64,000 nucleotides of DNA from Desulfatitalea sp. UBA4791. Its GTDB lineage: Bacteria; Desulfobacterota; Desulfobacteria; Desulfobacterales; Desulfosarcinaceae. The stretch spans positions 47,462-111,461 of the forward strand of contig DHGT01000124.1 in assembly GCA_002402905.1 (NCBI GenBank), in the 5' to 3' direction. The position numbers and the translations under genes are program-made. This document shows positions 44,601-53,598 of this stretch, in pieces; positions within the stretch are counted from its first letter, which is position 1; every line of letters begins with the position of its first letter. The notes beneath the pieces were generated by a model. The model was given only the letters and a program-made list of their open reading frames with translations. It was not told the origin of the DNA and did no database searches.

Positions 44601-46982
44601 CAGCCGCAGGTAGCCCAGCCCCACATCGGCCAGCGGCTGAAGGGCGGTGACGATTCTGGATTGATCCCCGAAGAACGCCAGGGCCTGATCCACGGTCAAC
44701 TGCAGAATCTGGTGAATGTTGTGCCCCCGGTAGACGACCTCGAGCACCTCGGGTTTGAACCGCTTGCCCTGGCAGTCGGGGCACGAAATCATGACATCGG
44801 AAAGAAATTGCATCTCCACTGTCTCGAAACCCTCGCCCTTGCAGGTCTCGCAGCGGCCGCCGGCCACGTTAAACGAGAAGTGACCCGGACCGAAGCCCCG
44901 GGCAACGGCCGTCTCTGTGGCGGCCAACAGCCGTCGGATCGGGTCCATCGCCTTGGTGTAAGTCAGGACATTGGCCCGCGGCGTGCGGCCGATGGGCCGC
45001 TGATCGACCAGTTCGACCTGCCGTATCTTTTCGCCGCCGTCGATCCGGCGGAACCTGCCCGGCCGGCCTTCGCCCTCGCCGAGCCGGCGCTTGATCCCTT
45101 TATAGAGAATCTCTTCGGCCAGGGTGGACTTGCCCGAACCGCTCACACCGGTCAGGCACACGAGCAACCCCAAGGGGATTCTCACGTCGATGGCTTTCAG
45201 GTTGTGCTCGGCCGCCCCGCGCACAGTCAGCCATTGGCCGCGCCTGGGCGTCCGACGTCGACCCGGCATGGGAATGACTTTCTCACCCGAAAGATATTGG
45301 CCGGTCAAAGAGGCCCCGGCTTCGGCAAGGGGTCCGAAATACATGACACGCCCGCCCTGCTCGCCGGCCCGGGGGCCCATGTCGAGCAGGTAGTCGGCCG
45401 CCCGGATGATGGCCGGATCGTGCTCCACCACCACGATGGTGTTGGGCAAGTCGCGGAGTCGATGCAGGATCCCGGTCAATCGTTCGTTGTCCCGGGGGTG
45501 CAGGCCGATGCTCGGCTCGTCGAGCACGTAAAGGGTGTTGACCAGGGATGCGCCCAGGGCCGATGCGAGGGCCACCCGCTGCACCTCGCCGCCCGACAGG
45601 GTGCGCGACTGGCGATCCAGGGTCAGGTAGCCCAACCCCACATCGCGCAAATACCGCAGGCGCCCCGTGATCTCGCCGAGCACCAGGGCGTCGGCCTCGT
45701 CCCGGACGCGGCGTTCCAGGCCGTCGAAAAAGGCCAGGGCCTGATCCACGTTGAGGGCATAGAGTTCGGCGATGGTGCGGCCCTCGATGCGGTACAATAG
45801 CGTCTCGGGCTTGAAGCGGCTGCCGTGGCAGGCCGGACACAGATCGTAGCTGCGAAAACGCGACAGGAAGACGCGCACATGCATCTTGTAGCTGCGGCTC
45901 TCCATCCATTGAAAATAGCCGCGGATGCCGTAATAGCCGTCGTCACCCTCGATGATCGCCTGCCGCTGTTCGGCCGGCAACCGCTGGAAGGGGACATCCA
46001 TGGCAATGCCCCCTTTGCCGCAGAACCCGCTCAAATCCCGGTATTCGAACCGCCCCTCGGCCGCTCCGCCGAAAGGTTTGACGGCCCCCTGTTCCAGCGA
46101 GCGCGACGGGTCGGGGACGATCAGGTCCAGGTCCATGTCGATCACCCGTCCGAACCCCCGGCAGGTGTCGCAGGCGCCCAGGGGACTGTTGAAGGAAAAC
46201 AGATTGGGCAACGGTGCGGCATAATCGATGTCGCAGTGGGCGCAGTGCATGCGGTTGGAATAGGCCTGCCGGCCGCCGCCCGCGATCCAGACATCGGCCC
46301 GGCCATCGCTGAATCGGAAAGCGGTCTCCAGCGAATCGACCAACCGCTGCCGCTGGCCGGCGTCCACCGCCGTACGATCGGCCACCACATCCAGGGCCTT
46401 CTCCAAGGCCTTGTCCGGCAAGCCCATCAGGTCTTGGACCTCTCCGTCGCCCCAAACCCGGTCGTATCCCAGGCGCATCAAGGTCTTGCGACCCTCTTTG
46501 GGCCCGTCCGGGCAATGGTAGGGAAAGGAGATGGTCAGGCGCCGCCCGTCGGCTTCGTCGATCAGACGCCGGGCGATCTGTTCGGGCGCATCGGGCCGCA
46601 CCGGCCGGCCGCATCGGCGGCAGTGCAACACCCCCCGGCGGGCAAACAGCAGCTTCACATAATCGGTCAGTTCGGTCATGGTGCCCACCGAAGAGCGCGA
46701 GGTGCGCACCGGGTCCTTGCGGTCGATGGCGATGGCCGGCGGCACGCCCAGGATCCGATCGACCTGGGGGCGGTCCATCCGGTCCATGAACTGCCGCGCG
46801 TAAGGTGAAAAGGTTTCCACATAGCGCCGCTGGCCTTCGGCGTAGAGGGTATCGAAGGCCAGGGAAGACTTGCCCGAACCGCTCACGCCGGTGACGACGG
46901 TGATGCGGTTCAGGGGAATATCGATGTCGACGTCCTTGAGATTGTTCTGACGGACGCCGCGAAGTTGAATGGTAGCGGTCAT
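41694..46982 (-). CDS. uvrA: Excinuclease ABC subunit A, tandem double-length form
   Basis: About 1760 aa, four GVSGSGKS Walker A motifs, four (L/F)SGGE signatures, UvrA zinc fingers. Confidence 0.95.
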   Translation of the reverse strand: MTATIQLRGVRQNNLKDVDIDIPLNRITVVTGVSGSGKSSLAFDTLYAEGQRRYVETFSPYARQFMDRMDRPQVDRILGVPPAIAIDRKDPVRTSRSSVGTMTELTDYVKLLFARRGVLHCRRCGRPVRPDAPEQIARRLIDEADGRRLTISFPYHCPDGPKEGRKTLMRLGYDRVWGDGEVQDLMGLPDKALEKALDVVADRTAVDAGQRQRLVDSLETAFRFSDGRADVWIAGGGRQAYSNRMHCAHCDIDYAAPLPNLFSFNSPLGACDTCRGFGRVIDMDLDLIVPDPSRSLEQGAVKPFGGAAEGRFEYRDLSGFCGKGGIAMDVPFQRLPAEQRQAIIEGDDGYYGIRGYFQWMESRSYKMHVRVFLSRFRSYDLCPACHGSRFKPETLLYRIEGRTIAELYALNVDQALAFFDGLERRVRDEADALVLGEITGRLRYLRDVGLGYLTLDRQSRTLSGGEVQRVALASALGASLVNTLYVLDEPSIGLHPRDNERLTGILHRLRDLPNTIVVVEHDPAIIRAADYLLDMGPRAGEQGGRVMYFGPLAEAGASLTGQYLSGEKVIPMPGRRRTPRRGQWLTVRGAAEHNLKAIDVRIPLGLLVCLTGVSGSGKSTLAEEILYKGIKRRLGEGEGRPGRFRRIDGGEKIRQVELVDQRPIGRTPRANVLTYTKAMDPIRRLLAATETAVARGFGPGHFSFNVAGGRCETCKGEGFETVEMQFLSDVMISCPDCQGKRFKPEVLEVVYRGHNIHQILQLTVDQALAFFGDQSRIVTALQPLADVGLGYLRLGQPISTFSGGEAQRLKLSRYLGAGRQDRLLIFDEPTTGLHLDDIATLLQVVQRLVDEGNSMLIIEHHLDVIKSADWVIDLGPEGGDGGGRVVAAGTPETIAAAPASHTGRFLKPCLEGRIEPVARMAPPATSDNGRAIQVRGAREHNLKNVDLAVPHNQLVVFTGVSGSGKSTLAFDILFAEGQRRYLESLAPYVRQYMKILERPEVDLVTGLSPTVAIEQRISHTSRRSTVATLTEIYHFLRLLFSKLGNAHCPGCLRPLSRQSEAEVKEQIAGRYGRRGVLLMAPKVAGRKGFHKDVLARALKLGYGRARIDGQVVALTSGMALNRYHDHYIDLVVGETSKGRGTKTGLADLVTTALNEGDGTLIALDPATGREEMFSVHGRCPSCGLGAVQGDPRLFSFNSPQGACPRCDGLGVVGVDEFEEGKDAKICPDCQGSRLRPEALSVQVQERTIWDLVRQPAGELLPILDRLSFPEQQRPLADPILSELKTRLGLMNRLGLGYLALSRSGDTLSGGEAQRVRLAAQLGSNLTGVTYILDEPTIGLHARDNHILVEALGELRDRGNTVIVVEHDEETIRAADTIIDLGPGAGANGGRVVATGGLDDLRREPASVTGAVLEGGRTRITSRMRPCRRGTALKIVGASANNLKGIHVRLPLNRLICVTGVSGSGKSSLVKTTLYQGLHQRLRGQSPLNDTCKGMEGWQALTRVLEVDHTPIGRTPRSVPASYVGFLTDIRNLFAQVPEARARGYGAARFSFNVEEGRCPACKGQGRPKVEMAFLPDVYVPCEVCGGARYNAETLAIRYKGKHMAEVLQMTFAEALQFFSAIPKIRQAVQFVCDIGLGYLQLGQPSPTLSGGEAQRIKLAREMAQRANGPTLYLLDEPTTGLHPADVRLLIDVLQGLVDQGHTVVTIEHNMEIIKAADYLIDLGPEGGAAGGKLVAVGSPREMLGKTKRSHTARYLERYLDGH

Positions 46983-47187
46983 CGGGTGTTCCTGCATGAT
47001 GGTTCAAGGCAAACGGTATTGCCGCGGTTCGAGCCGAACCAACAATATAACGCAGAAACGGCCGATGGCACCGGGTTGATTTTTAAGAATTCATCACAAT
47101 TGACTTCAGTCCGAAATTGCCGTAAACATCAATTCTTTCAATCGAAACTCTCGGTCCAACATCCCAATATTATTGTGCAGGACGACT

Positions 47188-47772
47188 ATGTGGGGGTTCA
47201 TCACAGACTCACCAGGATGGCTCTTCCGAACCAACCGGCCTCGACTGCTGTTGGTTCTGGCCTTGGCGATCTTCGTTGCAGCGGCCGGCCACTCCCCTGT
47301 CCACGCGGAGGACGGCAACTGGCTGGCCGCCGGCGTGCGCACGGGTGTCGGCGACACGAGAAACAGCGAGCAATTTACAAAATCAGAACTCTTTCTGGCC
47401 TATGGCCTGCCCTATACCTGGGAATCAGACGCGCATTGGTTGGTCGGCCCTTTTTTGGGGATCAATGCAGGCCTGCTGATTTCCGATGAAAACTCCTTCG
47501 TGGGATCGGCGGGTCCGGGTCTTTACCTGCTCAGCCCCGGCAAACGGCTCGCCCTCTTTGCCGGTGTGTACGTGACCTATCTTTCCCGATCCCAATTGGA
47601 CTCGGAAGACTTCGGCGGATCGCTCCAGTTCACCTCGACCGTGGGCATCGACTACACGCTTTCCAGGGCGGTCACCATCGGCTATAGCTTTCAGCACATG
47701 TCCAATGCGGGTCTATTCATGGAAAACCCGGGGCTCAACACCCACATGCTCGAACTGATCTACCGCTTCTAG
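47188..47772 (+). CDS. PagL-like / acyloxyacyl hydrolase outer-membrane beta-barrel
   Basis: Signal peptide, FGGSLQF, FQHMSNAGL..NPGLN, terminal YRF; start uncertain. Confidence 0.82.
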   Translation: MWGFITDSPGWLFRTNRPRLLLVLALAIFVAAAGHSPVHAEDGNWLAAGVRTGVGDTRNSEQFTKSELFLAYGLPYTWESDAHWLVGPFLGINAGLLISDENSFVGSAGPGLYLLSPGKRLALFAGVYVTYLSRSQLDSEDFGGSLQFTSTVGIDYTLSRAVTIGYSFQHMSNAGLFMENPGLNTHMLELIYRF

Positions 47773-47836
47773 CCGTGGTGATCGATCCATGATATATGTT
47801 TTTTGATAATAAAATCGAATGGCAACGGAGATGGCA

Positions 47837-48019
47837 GGCGTGGGTGGCGCAAGTGGCCAGGGCCACATACGCCTGCGGTCTTAGTGCCGCTCGAATGCAA
47901 ACGGCGGACAAGCGGCCCAGACTGTTTGAGCGCAGCGAGTTTCTGGGCCGCCCGCCGTGCATTCATAGCGGCACTTGGCCGCTTGGCGTGTGGCATCGGC
48001 CACCTGTTCCACACACGCC
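47837..48019. repeat. Long nested inverted-repeat element (rod-like hairpin)
   Basis: Concentric complementary segments, e.g. AGTGCCGCT/AGCGGCACT, GAATGCA/TGCATTC, ACGGCGG/CCGCCGT, GCGGCCCAGA/TCTGGGCCGC. Confidence 0.7.
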
Positions 48020-48061
48020 GGGTTTAATGAAACGCATTCACTAAAAAACGCTGCCTTGGCG

Positions 48062-48823
48062 CTACGTCGTCAGCGCGCCCCCATCGACGTAGATGGTATG
48101 GCCGGTCATATAACTGGCCGCCTCCGAGGCCAGAAAGAGCACGGCCGGAACGATCTCTTCCGGCTCGCCGATGCGTCCCATGGGCAGCATCGCGGTGACG
48201 TGCTTTTCGATGTCCGGATTGGACCAGATCGGCTTGCTGAAGTCGGTGCGGGTCAGGCCGGGCCCCACCGCATTGACCTGGATACCGAACGCGGCCCACT
48301 CCCGCGCCATGCAGCGGGTGAGCATCTTCAGGGCCGCTTTGCTGCATCCGTAGGCAGCCATGCCCAGTTCGGCCTTTTCCGCGCCCACGGTGGTGATGTT
48401 GATAATGCGGCCGCTCTTCTGGGCCATCATCTGACGCGCCACCGCGCGGCTCAGCAGCCACACCGCCTTGACATTGGTGTCGAACACCTTGTCCCAACCG
48501 TCCTCGCGCAGGTCCATCAGGCTGCGCATAAAGCTGCGGGCTGCGTTGTTCACCAGGATATCGATACGGCCGAATTGTTGAACCGTTTCGGCGGCCAGCC
48601 GTTCGAGTTGGGCGCCGTCGGTCAGATCGGTCACCAGGGGCAGCGCCCGGGCGCCATTGGCCCGGATCTCGTCGGCCACGGCGTTGATCTGATCGGCCGA
48701 GCGGCTGGCGACGACCACTGCGGCGCCGGCCTTGGCCAGCCCCAAGGCGATGGCCCGTCCGATGCCTCTGCCGCCGCCGGTAACGATGGCCACTTTTCCT
48801 GATAGATCGAAGCGAACAGTCAT
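48062..48823 (-). CDS. Short-chain dehydrogenase/reductase
   Basis: TGGGRGIG, LVNNA, YGCSK, VNAVGPG, VDGG; AAGGAG RBS. Confidence 0.93.
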   Translation of the reverse strand: MTVRFDLSGKVAIVTGGGRGIGRAIALGLAKAGAAVVVASRSADQINAVADEIRANGARALPLVTDLTDGAQLERLAAETVQQFGRIDILVNNAARSFMRSLMDLREDGWDKVFDTNVKAVWLLSRAVARQMMAQKSGRIINITTVGAEKAELGMAAYGCSKAALKMLTRCMAREWAAFGIQVNAVGPGLTRTDFSKPIWSNPDIEKHVTAMLPMGRIGEPEEIVPAVLFLASEAASYMTGHTIYVDGGALTT

Positions 48824-48845
48824 GGATCTCTCCTTTCTCATTCCG

Positions 48846-50138
48846 TTAGAAACCAAACACGTAGAGACACGCCAGGATCGCGCAGACCACGCCGACCAGA
48901 TCGGCGGTCAATGCCGCGGCCAGGGTGTGGCGGATGCGCCGGACCTGGACGGCGCCGTAATAGACCGCCAGCACATAGAAGGTCGTCTCGGTGGAACCTT
49001 GCAGGGTGCTGACCAGATAACCGGTATAACTGTCCGGCCCGATGGCCGGATCGTTGATGATGGCCGCCATGATGCCGTAGGCGCCGGACCCGGAGAGGGG
49101 GCGCATCAAGGCCATGGGCAGCGCTTCGGCCGGCAGCCCCAAGGGCGCGGTCACCGTTCCCAGGAGCCCCACCAGGGCGTCCATGGCGCCGGAGGCGCGC
49201 AGCATGCCCACCGCCACCAGAATGGCCACCAGGTAGGGAATGATGCGCAAGGCCACCTGAAACCCCTCCTTGGCGCCGTCCACCAGCACTTCATAGACCC
49301 GCACCCGCCGCAGGGCCCCGAATGCCAGGAAAAACACCATCAATCCGGGCACGATCCAGGGGGAGATGAAGCGCCCGTAAAGAACGGCCAGCGGCACCAG
49401 GGCCACCAGAAACCCCAGGGCAGTCACGCTCACCCACAGGGGATAAGCCGCCGCCTCCGTATCGTCCTGATCCGAAACATCCGGGGACGCATCGGCGGCC
49501 CTGTTTTCATCCTCTCCGCCGGCGGTTCCCACAGGGGAGAATCGTCGATACAACTTGGCAGCCAAGATGGCCGCTGTGGTCGATCCGATGGTGGCGAACA
49601 GGGTGGTCGGCAATATGCCGGCCGGATCGGTCGAGCCGGCCGCGGCCCGCAATGCGATGACGCCGGTGGGCAAGAGGGTGATGGACGAGGTGTTGATGGC
49701 CAAAAACAGGGCCATGGCATCGGTGGCGCTTCCCTTCCGGGAATTGAGCTGATCCAAGGCCTGCATGGCGCGGATTCCGAAGGGCGTGGCGGCATTGCCC
49801 AATCCCAGGGCATTGGCCGACAGGTTCAGGATCATGGCGCCCATGGCCGGATGATCGGCCGGCACGTCCGGGAAGAGGCGCACCATGAGCGGTCGGATCA
49901 GACGGGCCAGAATCCTGAGCATGCCGCCGGCCTCGGCCACCTTCATCAGCCCCAGAAAGAGGGTCATGACGCCCACCAGTCCGATGGCCAGATCCACGGC
50001 GCCGGCTGCGGACTCGATCATGGCGGTGGAGAGTGCCGCCATGGGCGCGACGGCACCTTCCACCGGGACCCACAACACTTGGTGCCAGGCCGCGAACAGG
50101 AAGGCGACGGCCACCATGACGAGAAAGACCACATTCAT
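48846..50138 (-). CDS. Fused SpmA/SpmB (nucleoside-recognition Gate domain) membrane protein
   Basis: ANALGLGNAATPFGIRAM, INTSS, RPLSGSGA, GSTETTFYV. Confidence 0.88.
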   Translation of the reverse strand: MNVVFLVMVAVAFLFAAWHQVLWVPVEGAVAPMAALSTAMIESAAGAVDLAIGLVGVMTLFLGLMKVAEAGGMLRILARLIRPLMVRLFPDVPADHPAMGAMILNLSANALGLGNAATPFGIRAMQALDQLNSRKGSATDAMALFLAINTSSITLLPTGVIALRAAAGSTDPAGILPTTLFATIGSTTAAILAAKLYRRFSPVGTAGGEDENRAADASPDVSDQDDTEAAAYPLWVSVTALGFLVALVPLAVLYGRFISPWIVPGLMVFFLAFGALRRVRVYEVLVDGAKEGFQVALRIIPYLVAILVAVGMLRASGAMDALVGLLGTVTAPLGLPAEALPMALMRPLSGSGAYGIMAAIINDPAIGPDSYTGYLVSTLQGSTETTFYVLAVYYGAVQVRRIRHTLAAALTADLVGVVCAILACLYVFGF

Positions 50139-50254
50139 TAACGTGCCTGTTTCCCGAAATTTCTATTATCGGAAATCTTGAGCGGATTCGTCGATTTCTC
50201 GAATCGATGTCAGAAGGGATATTCATAACCCATTCGAGACAAAAAGTGAATCAA

Positions 50255-50296
50255 TTGAGTTGGATCAATTGCTTTCGACGGATATAGCCCTATGGT
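50255..50296 (+). promoter_or_regulatory. FNR/CRP-family box with class II promoter geometry
   Basis: TTGAG-TTGG-ATCAA(50255-50268) and -10 TATGGT(50291-50296). Confidence 0.5.
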
Positions 50297-50341
50297 AGGG
50301 ACCAGAAAAACGCAGAACCGCAAACCGAAAGGAGGGGGGGC

Positions 50342-50536
50342 ATGGCTGACGAGCGGGCGCTTCGCCGAAAACTGAAAGAGATCGAAGCGAAAATCGAAGA
50401 GGCCCGGCGACGGCTTCCGGCCCATTCGGTCAAACCGGCGCTCATGGCGGCGCTGTTCGACCTCGAAGACCAACGCGACGCGATTGTGGCACAGCTTCGG
50501 GAAAATCGCACCAGGACAGACGAGGGCCACCGATGA
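50342..50536 (+). CDS. Small helical-hairpin hypothetical protein
   Basis: AAGGAGG RBS, 64 aa, coil-RLPAHSVKP-coil. Confidence 0.7.
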   Translation: MADERALRRKLKEIEAKIEEARRRLPAHSVKPALMAALFDLEDQRDAIVAQLRENRTRTDEGHR

Positions 50537-50671
50537 GCAGCGGTATCGCAGAAGCGTATCGTTCGGCCCAGGAACGCCTTTGCACTTTATCCTGGGCACC
50601 TATCTGACCGGCCGGCTGATCGGTTCGGATGGGTCAGCCTAAAGTGCCCATCCAACGCTTGCCACCTCTTT

Positions 50672-53158
50672 CTATCCGCACTTGGTAAATCCGCAGAAGT
50701 GGCAGATCTGACACCCTTCCTCGAAGCTGATGGTCTGCCCGCATTCCGGACACGTGCCGCCCAACAGGCTGTTGCCGGGGCTCGATTTTCTATCGGCGTT
50801 TCCGATGAGGTAACGTCGCTCGAGGATTCTCGAAATCGCATCGGGGATGGAAAGCACCAGGCCACCTTCCTGGAAGATGGGGTGTTCGCCGCCGATGCCC
50901 TTGAGTTGATCGACGATCTGCCGGACGTCCACCCCCGAACGCAGGGCCAGGGAGACCAGCCGGCCGATGGCCTCGGTCTTGGCCGTCGTGGAACGTCCCG
51001 ATTTTCCGATGGTGGCAAAAACCTCGAAGGGTCGGCCGTCGAATTCCGTCACGGTGACATACAGTTGGCCATAACCGGTGCGGATCTTGGTGGTAAACCC
51101 CTCCAGGGTTTCGGGACGCTCGCGCACGGCAGCCGGAGTGCCATCCTTTTCTGTCTTGGGGGTGCCGGTGGAGAGGACCTGATTCTCCTTGCTGCCGTCG
51201 CGATAGATCGTGACCCCCTTGCATCCCAACTGATAGGCGAGATCGTAAATCTTGCGCACGTCGGCGGCCGTGGCGTCGTGGGGCAGGTTGACGGTCTTGG
51301 AAACCGCGTTGTCGGTGAATTTCTGAAAGGCGGCCTGCATGCGGATATGCCATTCCGGCGATATGTCGTGGGCCGTGACAAAGACCGCCTTCACCTCCTC
51401 CGGAATCCCATCCACATCCTTGATCGAACCGCTGGCGGCCACTGTCTCCATCAGCTTCTGGCTGTAAAAACCGCGCGCCCGGGCAACGGCCTCGAAGACC
51501 GGATTGACTTCGGCCAGCCGGTCCTGGTCCATCACCGTGCGGACGAAACTCAGGGCGAACAGCGGTTCGATACCGCTCGAGCAATTGGCGATGATGCTCA
51601 GGGTGCCGGTGGGCGCGATCGTGGTCAAGGTGGCATTGCGTAGCGGTGGACGCCCCGTTTCCTTGTAAATGCTGCGCTCAAAATTGGGGAAGGCCCCCCG
51701 GTGACGGGCCAGTTCCTCGGACGCGGCGTGGGATTCGGCCTGGATGAAACCCATCACCTCTTCGGCCAGGGTCAGTGCCCGTTCCGAGTTGTAGGGAATC
51801 TTGAGCTGGAACAGCAGATCGGCAAACCCCATGACCCCCAAGCCCACCTTGCGGTTGCCCTTGACCATATCGTCGATGGCCGCCAGGGGATATTGGGACA
51901 TGTCGATGGTATTGTCCAGGAAATGGACCGCCGTCCACACCACCCGCCGCAGCTCATCGTAATCGATGGCCGCCTCCTCCTGATCTGCCACCACGCAACG
52001 CGCCAGATTGATCGATCCGAGGTTGCACGCCTCCTTGGGCAGCAGCGGCTGCTCGCCGCATGGATTGGTGCTCTCGATGGCGCCGAGGTCCGGGGTGGGA
52101 TTGTCGCGGTTCATGCGATCGAGAAAGACGATCCCGGGGTCTCCGTTCTTCCACGCCTGCTGCACCAGGGCCGCGTAGACCTCCCTGGCGTCGAGAGAAC
52201 CGGTCTTTCGTTTACGGGCCGGATCGATCAGGTCAAACGAGGCGCCTTCGGCAACGGCTTTCATGAAATCGTCGGTGACCGCCACGGAGATATTGAAGTT
52301 GTTCAATTCGTTGTCGTTCTGCTTGCAGAAAATGAACTCCATGATGTCCGGGTGGTCGACTTTAAGGATGGCCATGTTGGCGCCCCGACGGGTGCCGCCC
52401 TGCTTGACCTGCTCGGTGGCCGTGTTGAAGATCTTCATGAACGATACAGGCCCGGAGGCCACCCCGCCGGTCGTCCCCACCATGGAATTTTTGGGCCGCA
52501 GGCGGGAAAATGAAAAACCGGTGCCCCCGCCCGACTTGTGAATGATGGCGGCATTCTTGAGCGTTTCGAAGATCGCTTCCATACTGTCTTCCACGGGAAG
52601 AACGAAACAGGCGGCCAACTGGCCGAGGCGCCGTCCGGCATTCATCAGCGTGGGCGAGTTGGGCAAGAACTTCTGCTCGGCCATCAAGGCGAAAAAGGCC
52701 TCCTCGACGGCTGCCACATCGGCCTCCGGGTCGTAGTTGAGATCGGCCTGGGCGATGTGCCTTGCAACGCGGCGGAACATCTGGGAAGGATTTTCCAGCA
52801 GCCGGCCATGTTCGTCCTTTTTCAGGTAGCGGCGCTCCAATACCGTCACCGCATTGGGGGTCAGATGCAGCCCGTTGCGCACGAACAACGATTTGTCCAG
52901 GGGCACATGCACCAGCTTGGAGACTCCGTGTTCTTCCAGCGTGGCCTTGACCACCGCATCCACGATGGGCGGGGTGATGCGTTGAATCTTGAGTTCATCG
53001 ATGGCCTCTCGAACGAAACGGCTGATGGATTGGGCCTGCTCGTCGTCCATGGGGTGCTGCTGGATCAACACGCGCGAAAAACGCTCGTCGTCCCAGCTAT
53101 AGGTGGCCAGGTCGATGATGCCTTCGGTGGTTTCAATGATTTTGGCTTTTTGACCCAC
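50672..53158 (-). CDS. nrdJ: Class II (adenosylcobalamin-dependent) ribonucleotide reductase
   Basis: FLPNSPTLMNAG, ACFVL, TNPCGEQPL, TIAPTGT, C-terminal TSCPD-like domain and CxxC...CxxC; GTG start after AGGAG; degenerate N-terminal ATP cone. Confidence 0.95.
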   Translation of the reverse strand: MGQKAKIIETTEGIIDLATYSWDDERFSRVLIQQHPMDDEQAQSISRFVREAIDELKIQRITPPIVDAVVKATLEEHGVSKLVHVPLDKSLFVRNGLHLTPNAVTVLERRYLKKDEHGRLLENPSQMFRRVARHIAQADLNYDPEADVAAVEEAFFALMAEQKFLPNSPTLMNAGRRLGQLAACFVLPVEDSMEAIFETLKNAAIIHKSGGGTGFSFSRLRPKNSMVGTTGGVASGPVSFMKIFNTATEQVKQGGTRRGANMAILKVDHPDIMEFIFCKQNDNELNNFNISVAVTDDFMKAVAEGASFDLIDPARKRKTGSLDAREVYAALVQQAWKNGDPGIVFLDRMNRDNPTPDLGAIESTNPCGEQPLLPKEACNLGSINLARCVVADQEEAAIDYDELRRVVWTAVHFLDNTIDMSQYPLAAIDDMVKGNRKVGLGVMGFADLLFQLKIPYNSERALTLAEEVMGFIQAESHAASEELARHRGAFPNFERSIYKETGRPPLRNATLTTIAPTGTLSIIANCSSGIEPLFALSFVRTVMDQDRLAEVNPVFEAVARARGFYSQKLMETVAASGSIKDVDGIPEEVKAVFVTAHDISPEWHIRMQAAFQKFTDNAVSKTVNLPHDATAADVRKIYDLAYQLGCKGVTIYRDGSKENQVLSTGTPKTEKDGTPAAVRERPETLEGFTTKIRTGYGQLYVTVTEFDGRPFEVFATIGKSGRSTTAKTEAIGRLVSLALRSGVDVRQIVDQLKGIGGEHPIFQEGGLVLSIPDAISRILERRYLIGNADRKSSPGNSLLGGTCPECGQTISFEEGCQICHFCGFTKCG

Positions 53159-53334
53159 GGGCTGTGCTCCTGTCTGTCTGCTTGGATATTGGTATGGATG
53201 ATGCCGGATGGCGCCGCCTTTCGAGCTCAGGCTACCGAAATAGCGATTCAGGGGGCTGTGAAGACGCTTCACGCCCGATGCTTGATCGAAAAGGAGCGAC
53301 GATGTGCGACAACGTGGATTGTGATCGTGTTGGC

Positions 53335-53467
53335 ACACAATATGTTGTATGTCAACCGTAATTGTTCCCTACATATAAGGGTCGGCAGTTTTGCAGCCGG
53401 ACGGGAAGTTTCCACGACATCCACAATATGTAGCAATTTTCGATTGACAGACAACAAGATATTGATG
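53335..53467. promoter_or_regulatory. Four NrdR boxes in two tandem pairs
   Basis: ACACAATATGTTGTAT(53335), TCCCTACATATAAGGG(53366), CCACAATATGTAGCAA(53421), CAACAAGATATTGATG(53452); 31-bp spacing within each pair; consensus acaCwAtATaTwGtg. Confidence 0.85.
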
Positions 53468-53598
53468 TAACTACCTCTCCATTCTGCATTGCTACATTTC
53501 ATCCTGAATACCTGATACATATCCCGATGCGGTCGGCACCCAGGTGCCCGAAAGCGTGGTGTCATTCAGCAACCCTTCAGCCCTGCAAGGAGAACCTG

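Noticed and set aside
50300-50341. GCAAACCGAAAGG resembling part of a c-di-GMP-I riboswitch
   Set aside because: No second stem or GCAAAG element; it runs directly into the RBS.
53470-53598. Possible cobalamin riboswitch before nrdD
   Set aside because: Only a small GGCACC/GGTGCC hairpin; the conserved B12-box and GGGAA core are not seen.
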